Shown: positions 49,901 through 62,983 of the stretch, in pieces
Position numbering within the stretch: the stretch's first letter is position 1
How the letters are laid out: every line of letters begins with the position of its first letter
Program-made: the position numbers and the translations under genes
NCBI GenBank assembly: GCA_030141605.1
Contig: JAQGDQ010000224.1
Span: 1 to 64,000, forward strand
DNA: 64,000 nucleotides
DNA from: Tubiluchus corallicola
Taxonomy: Eukaryota; Animalia; Priapulida
Reading direction: 5' to 3'
Notes under the pieces: generated by a model
Database searches by the model: none
What the model was told of the DNA's origin: nothing
Seen by the model: the letters and a program-made list of their open reading frames with translations, nothing else

Positions 49901-52900
49901 GCACAACAATTGATAAACGCCACTACAAAATATTCAAATTGTACAGTGGACTTTGTGTACATGTCTTAAAGGAAAATAAAAACGAACTGCAACTCGAATG
50001 ATATGTGTGCAATTGTTTTCGTTTTGCATGTCTGCCGATAAATTCAGTTTTCCAAGACGGCTTTTTACGTGTGGAATTCTTTACTAAAAACTTTTAACTA
50101 CAACCTGACTCACTTCAAGAAAGATGTTAATAAATACCTCCTCTCACTATTCATCAACATATTAGTTACATACATACTACTTTTCTGGTGCCGTATTCTA
50201 TTTGCATCATGCTAACGTAGCTTACTCACTAAACTGCTTGATGTGATTATGCACATTTTAACCATGCTTAAAAGAACATTTTAAGCAAAAAAATATAGTT
50301 ACCTATTGGATCAATCCATATTGCAAGATCTTGTAAAGAAAGACTAACATTTACATCAACAGTATCCGTTTCCATGGTAATATCTTGATGCACAGCTTCA
50401 CCAAGGAGTCTTGCAGCTTCGTTGTTACCATCTAGCACCTAAACAGGAAGCATGTTATTCAACAACAAAATAAACCATAATATTTGTCCTATATTTCCTC
50501 ATAATTGCAATGCTGTAATTGCAATGTGCACACAGCTGAAAAAAAATATTACGTATTAACAAGCAGTCCAGCATTAGATATCAAATAACTAATAAAATTA
50601 ATAGTTTGATTGATTTGTATAATTACGTTAAAATTTCGTGCATATGCAAGTTCAGAAATAATATACGAAGTACATTTGAACATCAAAGGTTCCATAGATA
50701 ATTTTTATTCAAACTTAAAAAATGTTAAACTTAAATAATAAAGAGTAATTCACGTATCTGAAAAGATTTATAATCTAGCAATGTTAATCAATCAGAACAA
50801 ACTTGAGAAAATCATGGAGTTATTTCACACTAAATATTGGCAGAATCTTGGTACTGTCACTTCACTTGCAGTTATCTTATTCTGGCAGCCAATCAAATTG
50901 ACAGCAAAAATTGAACAAAACTCAGTGAATGTCATTCAAGTTTATACACTGACTTGGTAATAGCATAATACCACAATGTTACGAAACGACTAACTCAGTC
51001 CTCAATAACATTAGAACAAACACAAAAACTAGTTCTAGACTAAACTATAGATGGTTTAAGACATTTCGCATGATTCAGTCACAGACTGAACAACGACTTT
51101 TAAGGTAAAATGTGGGTTACCGTATATACTCGCATATAAGCCGAATTTAGAACTATAAAATACAATAGTGAAATCAGGGGGTCGGCTTATATGCGCATGA
51201 AACAAAATGAACACAAGGACAGACACTAATGCCAATTTTCGGTTTTAAATAATGTCAATTTCTTTCAAATTTGTGAATGTAAAATGGTTTAGTCTTGAGA
51301 CTAGCCGTCCACCTACTTTTTATTTAGCAATACACCACTGTGTGTCACCAGTTGCGAGCCGTAACCAAGCCGACGTCATCAGCCAATTGGTAGGCAGCGC
51401 GTGGGGAGACGAGGGTCACGTGACTTATAGAGGAACAGCAAACCAATGAGGCAAACTGAGGCAAACGTGAGCACGCGGCCACAGAATTTAAAAGTGTGCT
51501 GAATTTTGATAATTTTAGTTGTAAAATTATTTGTGCAATACACCATGCCTGGAGAAAAAAGAAAACGTATGTCCTATACTGCTGACTTCAAGCTAAAAGT
51601 TGATGGTCGGCTTATATACGGGTTTTTGCAAAAACTGGCCATTTTAAAGCAGTTTTAGGGGTCGGCTTATATGCGAGTATATACGGTATATCACAGACTC
51701 TCATTTTGTGAAGCCGTAGCCACTATAGCCATCATACATAACAGATTCTATTCACCTGTTTTAGTAAATCACAAGTTTCTTGTTCTGTTTCCTTTACTTC
51801 TACAGCAATAGTTTCTCCCAACGTATTCGTAAATTTGTTGCTTTCTTCACCAAATATGTGATCGGCAATTTCTGGAAACTAAAAAAATCAATGTCACTCA
51901 AAATCATAAAACCTAGAGCACTCGTTATCGATCGTTCAGGTACTGAGATTTAAAATGAACATAAGTTTCATGCAACACTGTATTTAATTTACACATTATA
52001 GTAAGCTAGTACATTAAATAGTCAATAGAATACTCTGAATTAAACAAAATAGCCAAATCGAAAGGAATCATAATAAATCTAACTACCAGCAATATAAAGA
52101 TCCATTTCTTCTCAAAGTCATTTTTTGTCAATTTTTCTTTGTCACTTCCCATATCATTAACTCTTAATAGTTGCTATGAAAGAAGCTGCAATGTTTTACA
52201 AACTCCTGACATTCACAATCACAATCTGATGATAAAAAGCATTTCAATATCACCCAGTTAGAGGAGTTGACACTTGACACCATAAGTATCTTCTGAAAGT
52301 GATTAAGTCTCACTTTCTGTCCCCTGTGGGTGGCCCAGGGAATTCAAATAAGAATGAATGGCGGCAAGAGGCAATAGTGTTAAAGGAAAACCGGATGATT
52401 GTGTAAACATGAGTTCAGAATAAAGAATGCTCTAAAATATTGGAAACCACAATAGCTTATTTTAAATCAAAGCTTTGATTAAATAATAATTACCTCGGCT
52501 ACTCAAATTTTGTTAAACTTTCAAAGCTACCCGCGGCTCAGTGAATCTACTAAGATTGGCAGCGGCGCCTTTTTGTCACATTCGCGTGACCGACAAATAG
52601 AAGGCGGTACCGTGATAAGCATGTATTAGTTTCTGATGTCATATGATGGAAAGCCCATTTTTCGTGACATCGTGCAATTAAGCAGTACTGTAACACCTAT
52701 GCAAATGTGCTTGACTCGCAAGAGAAGACGACTGCCATTGCACAAACTGTGGTGAGTTTCTGACGTAAGCAATAACTGTGTTCGGTTGCCATTAATTAAC
52801 TTTCTAAGCTAATTATTCAAATATAAGGAACAATTGTTAACTTTTATAGGCAAGAAAATGTATATTTTGGACAGTAAATTAAAATGAGCTTGAGTCTAAA

Positions 52901-53232
52901 CAATCGTCCGGTATTCCTTTAAACATTTCTAAAAACCTTTCTAACATAATGATTTTGATATATTGTTGCTGTCACTTTTATTTACAGCTATCTTTATCAC
53001 CTACATCAAATATTACAAAGGTGCAAACCTGTCTTCCCAAATCATGCTTGACCGTTTCCTGTATAAGAACATCTGCTAAAGTTTTAAAATCTTGAAGAAA
53101 CCGTTTATTTTTTTGATCTCCTGTTTTTTCTTCTACTAACAGTTCAAACAGAGCTTTCTCAGCCCTGCACTCTCGAGCGATGTTAGCTGCTTTCTCTGAC
53201 ACTCTAATTACAGCATCCAAAAATTCCTTCAT
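46950..53232 (-). CDS. INPP1: Inositol polyphosphate 1-phosphatase (IMPase/FIG superfamily), 5 coding exons, about 371 aa
   Basis: Exons 53232-53029, 51878-51756, 50438-50303, 48851-48680, 47430-46950, phase-consistent. Motifs SEKAANIAR, LFELLVEEK, DFKTLADVLIQE, IFGEESNKFTN, IWIDPIDST, GVINQPF, AAGAGYK, FKWDSCAPHAILRSLGG. Confidence 0.94.
48126..48310. mobile_element. pogo/Tigger-like MITE, same family as 2975-3175
   Basis: TA-caaccaaacctctttat ... ataatgaggtttgagtg; the right end matches the left TIR of the 2975 copy. Confidence 0.5.
51120..51686 (+). mobile_element. pogo-superfamily (Tc1/mariner) internal-deletion derivative retaining the transposase start
   Basis: Perfect TIRs ccgtatatactcgcatataagccga, TA TSD, internal copies of gtcggcttata. 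51545-51601 encodes MPGEKRKRMSYTADFKLKV, resembling the Brinker/HTH N-terminus of pogo transposases. Confidence 0.88.
52384..52918. mobile_element. Kolobok-like MITE
   Basis: TTAA-aggaaaaccggatgattgt ... acaatcgtccggtattcct-TTAA: 19-bp TIR with 2 mismatches, TTAA TSD, purine-purine termini. Confidence 0.78.
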
Positions 53233-54074
53233 ACTTCTCTCGGAACCTGTAGTAGTAGTAAGAAACGGACATATAACATGGAGAAAGGTGGGCACAAATA
53301 CTGACGTATTTACTACTCAGGAAAGTTGGCATTTTAATATGCCCACTTAAAAGTCTAACCCGCTCCGTTGAAAATTTTCAGCTAGAAAAAGTATACTAAG
53401 AGAAAGATTCATGAAAAACACCAACCACATTCAACTCTAGGTGCCTATGAGTTTAATAGGTAAAAATTATACCCCCGCATTATATTTTCAATTTTATTAC
53501 ATTACAATTATATTGTACAAGTGTTTTGCGACTAACAGGTGCAAAATAATGGAATTCTCCTTCTAATCAAGAGCGTTACCTGTTTCTGCTATCAACAGCT
53601 GGAAAGATTCTCACTTTTATCTAATTTAGTTTTGGCAAAATGAGATATACCATTCTCTAAGGCTTCTGGGTAAAACTCCAGTTTTGCTACATTACTTAAT
53701 CGATCTACATGAGTTCTCAAATTTATGCTTGAATATATTCATTTAATTCAGGATAAAAAATACAGAAAACACTAAAAAGTGAATATACGCTCTAGCAATA
53801 TGCAATATCTTTAAGAATTGATATTGCAACATGACCGAACTTTGGCTACAGTTTCGTTACTATGGCCCAAGGTGTTAATTGGTGTACCATTGATAAGAAT
53901 ACTAATTTGCGTATTCACCGCGCATAATACACGCGAGTTATAATACACACTAAACATGAAGTATCACAATCTTAAGCTTCATCCAGCAACACGCATGATG
54001 ATGTAGTTTCATTATAACTTAAAAGGTCGTTTGAGTCGCTTTTCTCAACCTATAGACCTCTGGTGTTAAGTCAG

Positions 54075-54443
54075 TGTTGTGGAGATCACTGGCATCTATT
54101 AGAGTTATATACAACATTGTAGAATGTTCCATTAGAATAATCGTCTTAGCTAGAGAATGTTCTGGAAGGACTCGTCTGGAATGTTCCCTGGCACGCTATA
54201 TAAGGCGAAGCAGGCCATTGACGCAGACACGTACATTTCGCATGGACTTACACTTACACATTCTCTAATATATTTGTATTTCAGATACACTTAAATGTTT
54301 TCCAGATTTCCACGTTTAGTGTAATCATTTCACGTTCCTTCATACTTTTGTGTTGTAGAATTCTCACTTAATAAACTAGTTTAATTTGATGAAGTGTTTT
54401 CTGGTTTTCTCTACGAGCCTTCCGAGAGAAACAAAACACAACA
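54075..54443 (+). mobile_element. Solo LTR (BEL/Pao-like), 369 bp
   Basis: tgttgtg...cacaaca termini, perfect 5-bp TSD gtcag, TATA box ctatataa at about 54197, AATAAA at about 54370. Confidence 0.88.
54154..54168 (+). promoter_or_regulatory. Perfect heat-shock element (nGAAnnTTCnnGAAn) in the LTR U3 region
   Basis: aGAAtgTTCtgGAAg, flanked by two more GAAtgTTC half-arrays (54121 and about 54178), about 30 bp upstream of the TATA box. Confidence 0.65.
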
Positions 54444-56217
54444 GTCAGGGCTTTTCGTCTGATGCGCTGTGAAGTCCATCAGTGACTCCTCGTACTGTAA
54501 GACCAGATCTTATAGCTGATACCTCTCAACCCTCAAGCTCTGAAGTCTCAAGTTCAAGACCTCTAATCTCTCCAGCAACAGCTTTTTATATCTCTGACAT
54601 CACTAGCTCCAGCTGGGTCTCCCAACCAATGCTGTCTACAAGACACCAGTCGCTCCTTCAGATCTTCACCATAGCTTGAGCAGTCATCCTGAACTGCTTC
54701 AAAGATATATATTATCTTATTTATAATATATATTCACAAAGTAATAAGCACTGCATTCCCTAACTTATACACCTAACTAACAATAATTCCACGTTAGTTA
54801 TCCAATTAAGTTTTATACATTACTGTACATCTGGGAAAAAGTGGTGGTAGATGGATGGATGGATGGGCACACAGACATGCTAAACTGATAATTTTATAAT
54901 AGAACTGACAGCAAGTATTGCTAAGCCACGATGTGAAGAACTGTGCTTTAATCCCTTGGGGGATTTGATAAGGAATTATGTACTGGGTAGAATAAATGAA
55001 TAAAGTGGCAGACATGATGCATCGCTATGTACTGAAGTGCGCTAAATAATCAACTGAAAAACTAAGTGCCAGCAGAGGTGCACCACAAAAACCAAAGGAA
55101 TGAAATATCACTTTTTAGAACAAATCACTTTGAATTTTCATTTTGTTCCCACCTCAACCAAAACATTCAATAGTTGTTAAACACTTTTCAATATTTTTTT
55201 TGCTTTTGAGCTTTATTTTAATTGTAACATTAATTTTAGATTTGTATGTACATTTCAATTTAATTACAGTTGCAAACTTGTTGTGCTAATTACTTACAAA
55301 AAAACTACTGTAAAGGAAAATCTTTAGAATTTCATATATACCGCGTATAGTTATGAACTAATGACTAATAAAGATGTTTATGTCTACTTTTCTATGTCTA
55401 TGCTACGTAAATGTAGTACGTAGTAATATAATTATATCTCTGGTTGTAGCCATGTATCAATCAGGTGCCTTTTATTCAACGAAAAGGTCAAAATAAACGT
55501 TTTACAAAGATTTCTCTTATTGCGTTTTGTTTTAAGTACAAAAAACTCAGAAAGGATTTAAAGGACCCCTTAAAAATCTTTTTATTGTTTTTGGTTTGGT
55601 AACCACTCGGCAAATTCTTTCCTACTCATCGAATGTGCATGTGTTTCCAACTGAAAAGTCGGCGTTAATCATTTTACAAGTACCGGTACGTTATTATGTG
55701 AGTCAGAATAATGCCGCATGTGTTAATACTAACGCTAGTAACAGCCCTAAACTAGCTAATGTGCGAATTAGAAAAAAAATCCGGGACAGCCAGTCACTTA
55801 ACTATCTTTTTCAGTCTACTGGAATATCAGCTCCACAAGTGGTACATATCGTGCTATACATTAACAATTAAAATTTAAATGTAAATAAACTTAAATTTAA
55901 ATAGAAACACTGCTACAACAAGTCCAATAAAGATTTTTATTAAAACTCCAACGCTACTAATATATATTATAACTGCCAAACTAAATTTACTCCTGTAACC
56001 TAAAAATTCCAACAGTCTAATTTTACTATGAGGTAAGTCCACCCTTTCTGCAACGTAGTCCTTATACAGTACTGACTCAGTGTATTAGTTTTCAAGATTT
56101 TTTTAATTGACGACTGACTGAGAAATTCGGGTCAGATATTTCAAATTGGCAAAATTTAGTCTAACCAACTTTAGTCCCAGTTAGCTTTTATTTTGAATAT
56201 TAGTTAGAAAGAATAGC

Positions 56218-56958
56218 TAAATACTAATGTTTAAAATGATAATCTGTAGTGTCATGCCATTGATACTTTATTTTTCGAATCGGGCCCACCGGGAGGAGGG
56301 GGAGGCGAAAAACCTCCAAAAATGGCCCTTTTTCGACCGTTTTTTGCAAAAAATTGCAAAAGTTATACGGCTGAGATGTAGAGAACGGGAACAGGCCGAG
56401 GGGGGTACTGGATATGGATAGATAGCCCGTTCAGCGATGGGTGTCATAGGCCTATTTAGAATTCGCGAGAGGGCCAGGGCGCCCCTCAACGGGCGTTTTC
56501 CCGGACACAACTCACGATTTTTTCGAAATTTTGGCCAAACAGCCTGCAGAAAAAATGTTCTAGCGGCGCCTGGTGGGACTCTCGGAAGGAGATATATAGC
56601 TCTTTAGAAAGAGGAAGAACGGGGCTACACGATGATGTGGGCTATATGTTAGGACAGGTCCACCGAGAGGAGTATCGACGAGTTAATTAGGTGTTCAATT
56701 TTCCGCAAATTTTCGCTTAGAAAAAAGCGTGGTGACCGCATTCCATTGTGCTGACGTCATCCATTGTACTCTGCTTCAGTAAAAGCTGCCTGCTGTACTC
56801 TGTCTATAGCTTTAATTCAGCAAAAAGCTGCTACGCTGCTGTAATTCAGTAAAAGCTGCTACAGGCTTTGCGTTATACATGAGGACTGTGTAGGATGTTC
56901 GCGTGTTATTGATTATACGTGGTTTTTTACGCAAAATCTTTTGCGGGGCCTTTGCTAG
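56218..56958 (+). mobile_element. Helitron-like non-autonomous element (5' end uncertain)
   Basis: GC-rich block ending in the hairpin cgcaaaa-tc-ttttgcg (56930-56945), followed about 10 nt later by CTAG|T. Confidence 0.55.
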
Positions 56959-57242
56959 TTTATTTATATTTGCTTACATCTCTCAGTGAATATCATAGTT
57001 CTGCTGAAACTGAGTAAACTGATACTACTTTTTAACTTGCTCAGAAGCCACTTTACAATCTGATGGTAAGAATCAGCAATATTTTTTAAAAGAGTATATC
57101 GTTAAATGTTTTTTGGATGCTTGCCAATGGTTCTGGGAACGTTGATGAACTGACAGTAACCACAGTCAGCAGCTGATCCAAAAAGGAATCCCAAGTGGCG
57201 CCCAAAGACTTGACTTCAGGGAGCCGTTAAGTGACAAGTTAA

Positions 57243-57421
57243 CCCTCAAGATGACAAATAACTTGAAACAAGTATGGATTCAAATCGTTCAACTGTTAAC
57301 AAAACTAAAGGCCTGTAGTTGGTGCAACTAAAAATATTGTTTATTGATTAATACTAATCTAAAAAGATAAGCTAAACTAATGCTTAAAACATTGGATTAT
57401 CACTTGTAACAATTTTGAGGG
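57243..57421. mobile_element. piggyBac-like MITE
   Basis: TTAA-ccctcaa ... ttgaggg-TTAA. Confidence 0.55.
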
Positions 57422-59161
57422 TTAAAATATTGCTGGTTTGCAAATGCTGCCCTATTAAAATTGCTTACTGTCGTGGGTGGGTCCAGGAATTTTGAAAGGG
57501 AAAGACCCAAATGAGACCAAGCAGAAAGACTCATACCACAACTCAGGGAAGCTGAGGATCGCTTCTTTGGCTGCTCGGGTAGGGGGCCTGGGAGAAATGT
57601 ACTTTCCTGTATTTAGCCCATTTCTGAGCCTTCTGAAGCATACTTGGTGTTTAAGCTTTACAAATAACTAATTTCTTTAGACACTCATGCTTGTGTTTAT
57701 AGCTATAATAACAGTAATTGTTACTACCTTATGTAACAAATGAGAGTAAATGACCTGAAAATTCTTGCACATTAATACCCTTTATGTTGTTTTTTTAGCT
57801 GTCTTAGCTGGACCTGTAGTGTGAATTTTGCACGCATCTGAAATATATTTAAGTGATTATATACAGCTAAAACTGGATTGTTTAATTACTAGCAGTTAGT
57901 GTCACAGGCTTTAGTTAAACAATACACACAGCATAACAAAAATGAAAGTAGATCAGGAATGGTATAGCTGGAATGAGCACACAGACTTTACATACACGAC
58001 CCTACATGGTTGGGATGATAAACTTTCTTATAGGTAGTGACAGCGCTTTAGCTCTGTTTCTGCTGTCACGCGTTACAAAACAGCATTTTTGTGCATGTTG
58101 TGCACTTCAATTACATAGAGAGTAAAAGGACACACAATGCCAGTGGGCTGATCAAGTACGCAGTACACACTGATTTTACAAAGCTATGATCCAGGGTTAC
58201 AGTATTAAAATAAATTTACGGTCTTTACATGGCAAATGGCATGCCCATTATACTTATTTTTTCACGTCAAACTTGAGGGATCTGGACCCAATTCTGACCT
58301 CAGTCTGCAGTTTGAAATAATGGGCTTAGTGAAACCAGTGGACTGCAAAACTTTCTTCTGCTGGCTCATTCAGCACTTCATTGTATATGTAGTGGCAAAA
58401 ACAACAACAATTTAACTCAGTACTTTCAAATGGCAGTGCAATGAGTGCATAGTTCCATAAGTACAATACAAGCACCAGCGATGGATCGACACACTCTGTG
58501 CCGTGTCGATGAATCTAAAGTGTCGACAAATATCCGATAATTATGTTAATGTTACGTTTCACTAAGTACTGATCTTTATTTTCAGATACAGATTCCTTTC
58601 CATGGCTTTTGGCAGCTTGTTTCTAGATTTGTCATTTTCAGTGTGTTGTATTCAATTTTATTCTTCATTGTTATTATACAACTGAATTTGAGTGAATTCG
58701 AACACTACAATATATTGACAGTCAGCATGCGTGTCGACTTTAAAATAAGCAGAATGCCTGACATTTGGCACCTGATGCCCCCACATTGGGATTTGCATAC
58801 AAGCTGGTGAACAGCTGGCATTGATTAATACAGATATTACTGCATATTTGTGTAGGCCAATTTTGATTTTAATATGCCAAAATCTTATTATTGTCACAAT
58901 TTTAGCATCTAAGAAAAATAGTATACATCAGTTAATTGTCATAAGACACTGTAACATGGTTTAATATAGCATATATTTGTAGTAAAACATTAGTATACAT
59001 ATGGTGGGTTTTGAAAGTTGTAGCTTTGTGAGTTTAAGTTGGCTTCTGACAGAAATACAAGTAACTAAATGTTTTAGAGCTTGCATTCAGCTTTCTCATA
59101 AACAGTCTACTGAGTTTTAAAATCGTTTTTCTCTAGATACTGAAACACTAGTTTACAAGGC

Positions 59162-59959
59162 ATGGAGCCAGACACTGTCATTTACTACAAGTGCACTGCT
59201 TGTTCTGAATGCTTCGTGACCGAAGAAATTTTTTTTGCTCACACACGTACCTGGCACTGTAAGCTGCTGATAAGTGAAGGACATAATCCTCATACAGACA
59301 AAGATGAGGTATCTATAAAAGTTGAAGATACTGATGAGCAAACTGATTTTAACCTTATTCCCAACTTATTACCAAGCTCGAGTTTAACTGGTGAGACACC
59401 TACGTCTTTTCTTTCAGAATACAGTAAACTCTCCGAGACAACTATCCAAATAGTGGAAAAGCAGTTGACGCAATTGCCTGAAACTAGTAGCTGGCAAGAC
59501 GATCACATTACAGAGCTCAGTTCATTAGGTGAAATACAGGAACTGAATGTGGTTGGGACTAAGCAGGATGTTAGTGAGGTTGTAGATTATAATGACGTAC
59601 TACTACCACATTGTCTCGAAAGTCACGATTCATTTCATCCACGGCTCGGGCATATGGATTTCGAACATAGATCTTCACTAAATAAACCCAGACATCTTAG
59701 GAAGAACAAAAGTGGTACTTTATTTGACAAAAAATGTAATAGCTTCATAGTTTCATGTGAACTACAACAGCAGCAGAGAGAGTCTGTGCATGTGTGCCGT
59801 TGGTGTAAAAAGACATTTAAATTCCATAGTTTGTTAGTTAGACATGAACGCAGCCACACGGGAGACAGACCTTTCGAATGCCGGGTGTGTCATAGACGGT
59901 TCAGACAAATGGTTCATAAACAGTCGCACGAAAGAACTCATGAAAGATGGTTGCCATGA
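59162..59959 (+). CDS. C2H2 zinc-finger protein, 265 aa, single coding exon (paralog A)
   Basis: N-terminal CTAC-x12-HTRTWH finger; two C-terminal fingers CRWC..HERSH-TGDRPFE-CRVC..HERTH; splice acceptor ttttctctag at 59136. Confidence 0.88.
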   Translation: MEPDTVIYYKCTACSECFVTEEIFFAHTRTWHCKLLISEGHNPHTDKDEVSIKVEDTDEQTDFNLIPNLLPSSSLTGETPTSFLSEYSKLSETTIQIVEKQLTQLPETSSWQDDHITELSSLGEIQELNVVGTKQDVSEVVDYNDVLLPHCLESHDSFHPRLGHMDFEHRSSLNKPRHLRKNKSGTLFDKKCNSFIVSCELQQQQRESVHVCRWCKKTFKFHSLLVRHERSHTGDRPFECRVCHRRFRQMVHKQSHERTHERWLP

Positions 59960-60375
59960 TTGTCTTGGAGTGCATTAGAGTTTTGTACTGCAATGGTCTT
60001 GACAAACTTTAGTGACACTAATTTACTTTTTTTCAACCATTATCAATGCAGTGCCAATTGGCTGTTTTGTAAAGAGTAAAGGATGAAATTTTTTCAAAAT
60101 ATGTGACTTCCTCTGAGTAAAGGTGTTTTGTCTCTCCTGTTCTGACAACTACCTCCCGTTCAGCCCAACTGGAACCACCATTAATGAAAAGACAACGAAT
60201 TGAGACACTAAACTTGCAATAAGTGTGCGCAGCAGAGTTACGAGAGAAAATCATCAATAAAGTAATGAATAAATAAAGCAATAAAATTGACTGTTATGAT
60301 TAATTTATGATTAGCTCTTTTACAAGCTTAATTGTTCATAATTTTTAAACCAAGTCTATCAAGATTAATGTTAAG

Positions 60376-60448
60376 AATGGCGCCAACTTGCAACTAAGAC
60401 ATCTGTCTTATAAGCAGAAGGTCCCTGGTTCAAATCCAGCCATATTCA
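60376..60448 (+). pseudogene. tRNA-like sequence (pseudo-tRNA or tRNA-derived SINE head)
   Basis: Anticodon-like arm tctgt-cttataa-gcaga and B-box/T-arm ctggttcaaatccag; D arm and acceptor stem degenerate. Confidence 0.5.
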
Positions 60449-61591
60449 AACTTTTCAAATTTCCTGTTTGTTTTCAAATTTAATTAATTGTATCTTTGTG
60501 CTATTAGTAATATTAATCTGAATATTTTGTTTATGAATAATTAATTACCCATTGTTACTTTGAGCTCAAATTAATCAGAATTAAAATAAATTAGTTAGTT
60601 AGAATTTCTTTAGTAGGAAAATGCCTAACTGGCTGGCTAGTACTACGTATAGAAATTTGGACTGTCTTGATCACTGCTGAGCTTAGTAGTCTACCGATCT
60701 ACGATGTCTGCCTTGTAACCAGAATGTCCCTACCTAAAATCCAGACTGTGTTACAACTTTTTGCATTCCCGTTTTTCTAGTTTAATTTCAAATGTTATTA
60801 ACTGTGGTTTGTGCCATTATTGTTTGTAAGTTTGTACTGAGGAATGATGCGTAAAAGTGTTTTCTTTAGCAGCAGGTATAAATTTCCAGGATATCTGGTA
60901 CTATCACTAGTAACCCTTGTGCACAAATTAACAGTTAAGTTATTGTAGCCTTAAATTATCCTTGTAACTTTAGTAAATTGTAAATTAGTCCGGTATTTAA
61001 CCACCGTGTTTTACAGTTTGACGTCTATTCTAAATAGCTATTCTAAAAGTGTGACTATGTTCAGCCTGATCTCTTCTCAAGTGCAATCTAATTATCAAAT
61101 CAAATCATTTATTTTCATCGCAATGGCAATACGTAGAAAAATAGGTATAAAAACCCAAACAAATGTGAAGGGGTGGCGAAGAACATTAATTATCGAATCA
61201 GCCACCTCGGATCGGACTAATTGGATTAATTTTGGATTAGTGGATAAGTTTTGGATTAATGGGTAGTTATGCTGAAGCTATGCAAAAGTGATTATTACTA
61301 TTTACATAAAAGTTTAAAATAGGATTCTGTTATTATAATTTCTTGAAAATATTGTTAAACTATGTCGCTAGCTACTTTAGCTACTGTTTTTAAATTACAA
61401 TGCATTGTATCTATCCTGCAACATTTGCATCATGGCCTTGATTGATATATAAGCTCTAGACTTGTATTGGACTATTGGACTACTTTTACTGCTTGCTTAA
61501 CTTCCATTTTTACTGCGTTTAACAAAGAATTTTTCTTTAGATAGCAGTTGAAACAAGAGTAATTGGCAGACCAAACACAAGCGTGTAAGGC

Positions 61592-62410
61592 ATGGATGCC
61601 ATCATTTACTACAAGTGCACTGCTTGTGCAGAATGTTTCATGACAGAGGAAGTCTTTTTTGCTCACACACGCGCCTGGCATTGTAAGCTGTTGATAAGCC
61701 AAGGACACAATCCTGAAATACGTGATGATGAAGCACCTATTAAAATTGAACATAGAAATTGTCAGGAAATTATTTCTTCTAAATTTGCACCATACGACTC
61801 TCCTTCATCTGACCAAGATGTGCTGAATGAGATTATTATCGATGGTAACCAAAGCGCTCCAACAGAAGAAACTAACCGCATTAGAAGAGAGGAGATGATA
61901 TATTCTTCCAGTAAGCGTGTTGACAGTAATGGAGAGTACGAATCTGAAGTTGTATTAAAGGAATTGAAAACTCTTGCAGAAAAAGTTGATGACCATCTGC
62001 TAGAAACTGTTGCTTTAAATTATAATACTGGCGAACAACCAAATTCATTTCCTGTCGTGAATCACTTATCATCTGACTCGAGCTTGGATTCTTCACACTT
62101 CCCATGCGGTATTAAACCTGTAGCTAGTCACCACACAAACAACATTGCTGGAACGTACGGGCGATTGCCAATTCAAAAATTTAGTAACCCATCAGTGAGG
62201 CAAGATCACAGCAGTGATGTACCACAACATGAATCTGTGTTCTTTTGTCGTTGGTGCAAAAAACCGTTCAAGTACCGAAGTTTTCTGATCAGGCATGAAC
62301 GTTGCCATACTGGAGATAAACCATTTGAGTGTCGTGTGTGCCACAAACGATTTACTCAGATGAGTAACATGCAAACTCATACACTTATTCACCAATGGGA
62401 CAAAACATGA
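61592..62410 (+). CDS. C2H2 zinc-finger protein, 272 aa, single coding exon (paralog B)
   Basis: Same architecture as paralog A: IYYKCTACAECFMTEEVFFAHTRAWHCKLLISQGHNP and C-terminal CRWC..HERCH-TGDKPFE-CRVC..HTLIH; acceptor tttttctttag at 61540. Confidence 0.88.
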   Translation: MDAIIYYKCTACAECFMTEEVFFAHTRAWHCKLLISQGHNPEIRDDEAPIKIEHRNCQEIISSKFAPYDSPSSDQDVLNEIIIDGNQSAPTEETNRIRREEMIYSSSKRVDSNGEYESEVVLKELKTLAEKVDDHLLETVALNYNTGEQPNSFPVVNHLSSDSSLDSSHFPCGIKPVASHHTNNIAGTYGRLPIQKFSNPSVRQDHSSDVPQHESVFFCRWCKKPFKYRSFLIRHERCHTGDKPFECRVCHKRFTQMSNMQTHTLIHQWDKT

Positions 62411-62983
62411 TCATAGCTGTTTTGTCAACTGACAATAGCTGATTCTGAGCTCATTCTTCAACAGGGACATGGGTTGATTAGTGATTGTAACCTAATTCAC
62501 CAATGGAAAATTCGTTGACTTAGACAGTCTTATTTTGAGTTAGTAAAGCGTGCTACTCTGCATATTGGGTTAATATTCTACTGCATATCCATTAATAAAG
62601 GTAGATAATGATAACAAGTAATTACAGTGGTTTAATTTTTCTTGCTGTGTTCTCGTTAGTTTAAAATAACTTTGAGATCATTTAGTACATGTATGGACAT
62701 TATGAGCTTCTTGTATGTAATGGGTTATCATAGAGAAATTGCCACTTATGTGGTGCACTCGCTCCATACTGATGTAGTGCATTTGATGAGTAACAATACC
62801 AGCTTACACAATTGTAGACAGCTGTTATCAGTATCACAAGAAATTTCTGACGGTAACCTTCTCTGTAAATTATTATCTGGGTCATCGTGATTGCATCAAC
62901 TCACTGAATTTACATTGAAATTAGTGCTTGCAATCTTTTATCTTTTCTTTAGACACAGATAAAAGCACACTTTTTCTGATATA

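Noticed and set aside
52978-53295. N-terminal extension of INPP1 from the GTG at 53295
   Set aside because: A splice acceptor (ctacag, about 53247) precedes the ATG at 53232, so the extension is intronic.
60376-60448. Functional tRNA-Ile(TAT)
   Set aside because: The D arm/A-box and acceptor stem do not form properly; kept only as a pseudo-tRNA or SINE head.
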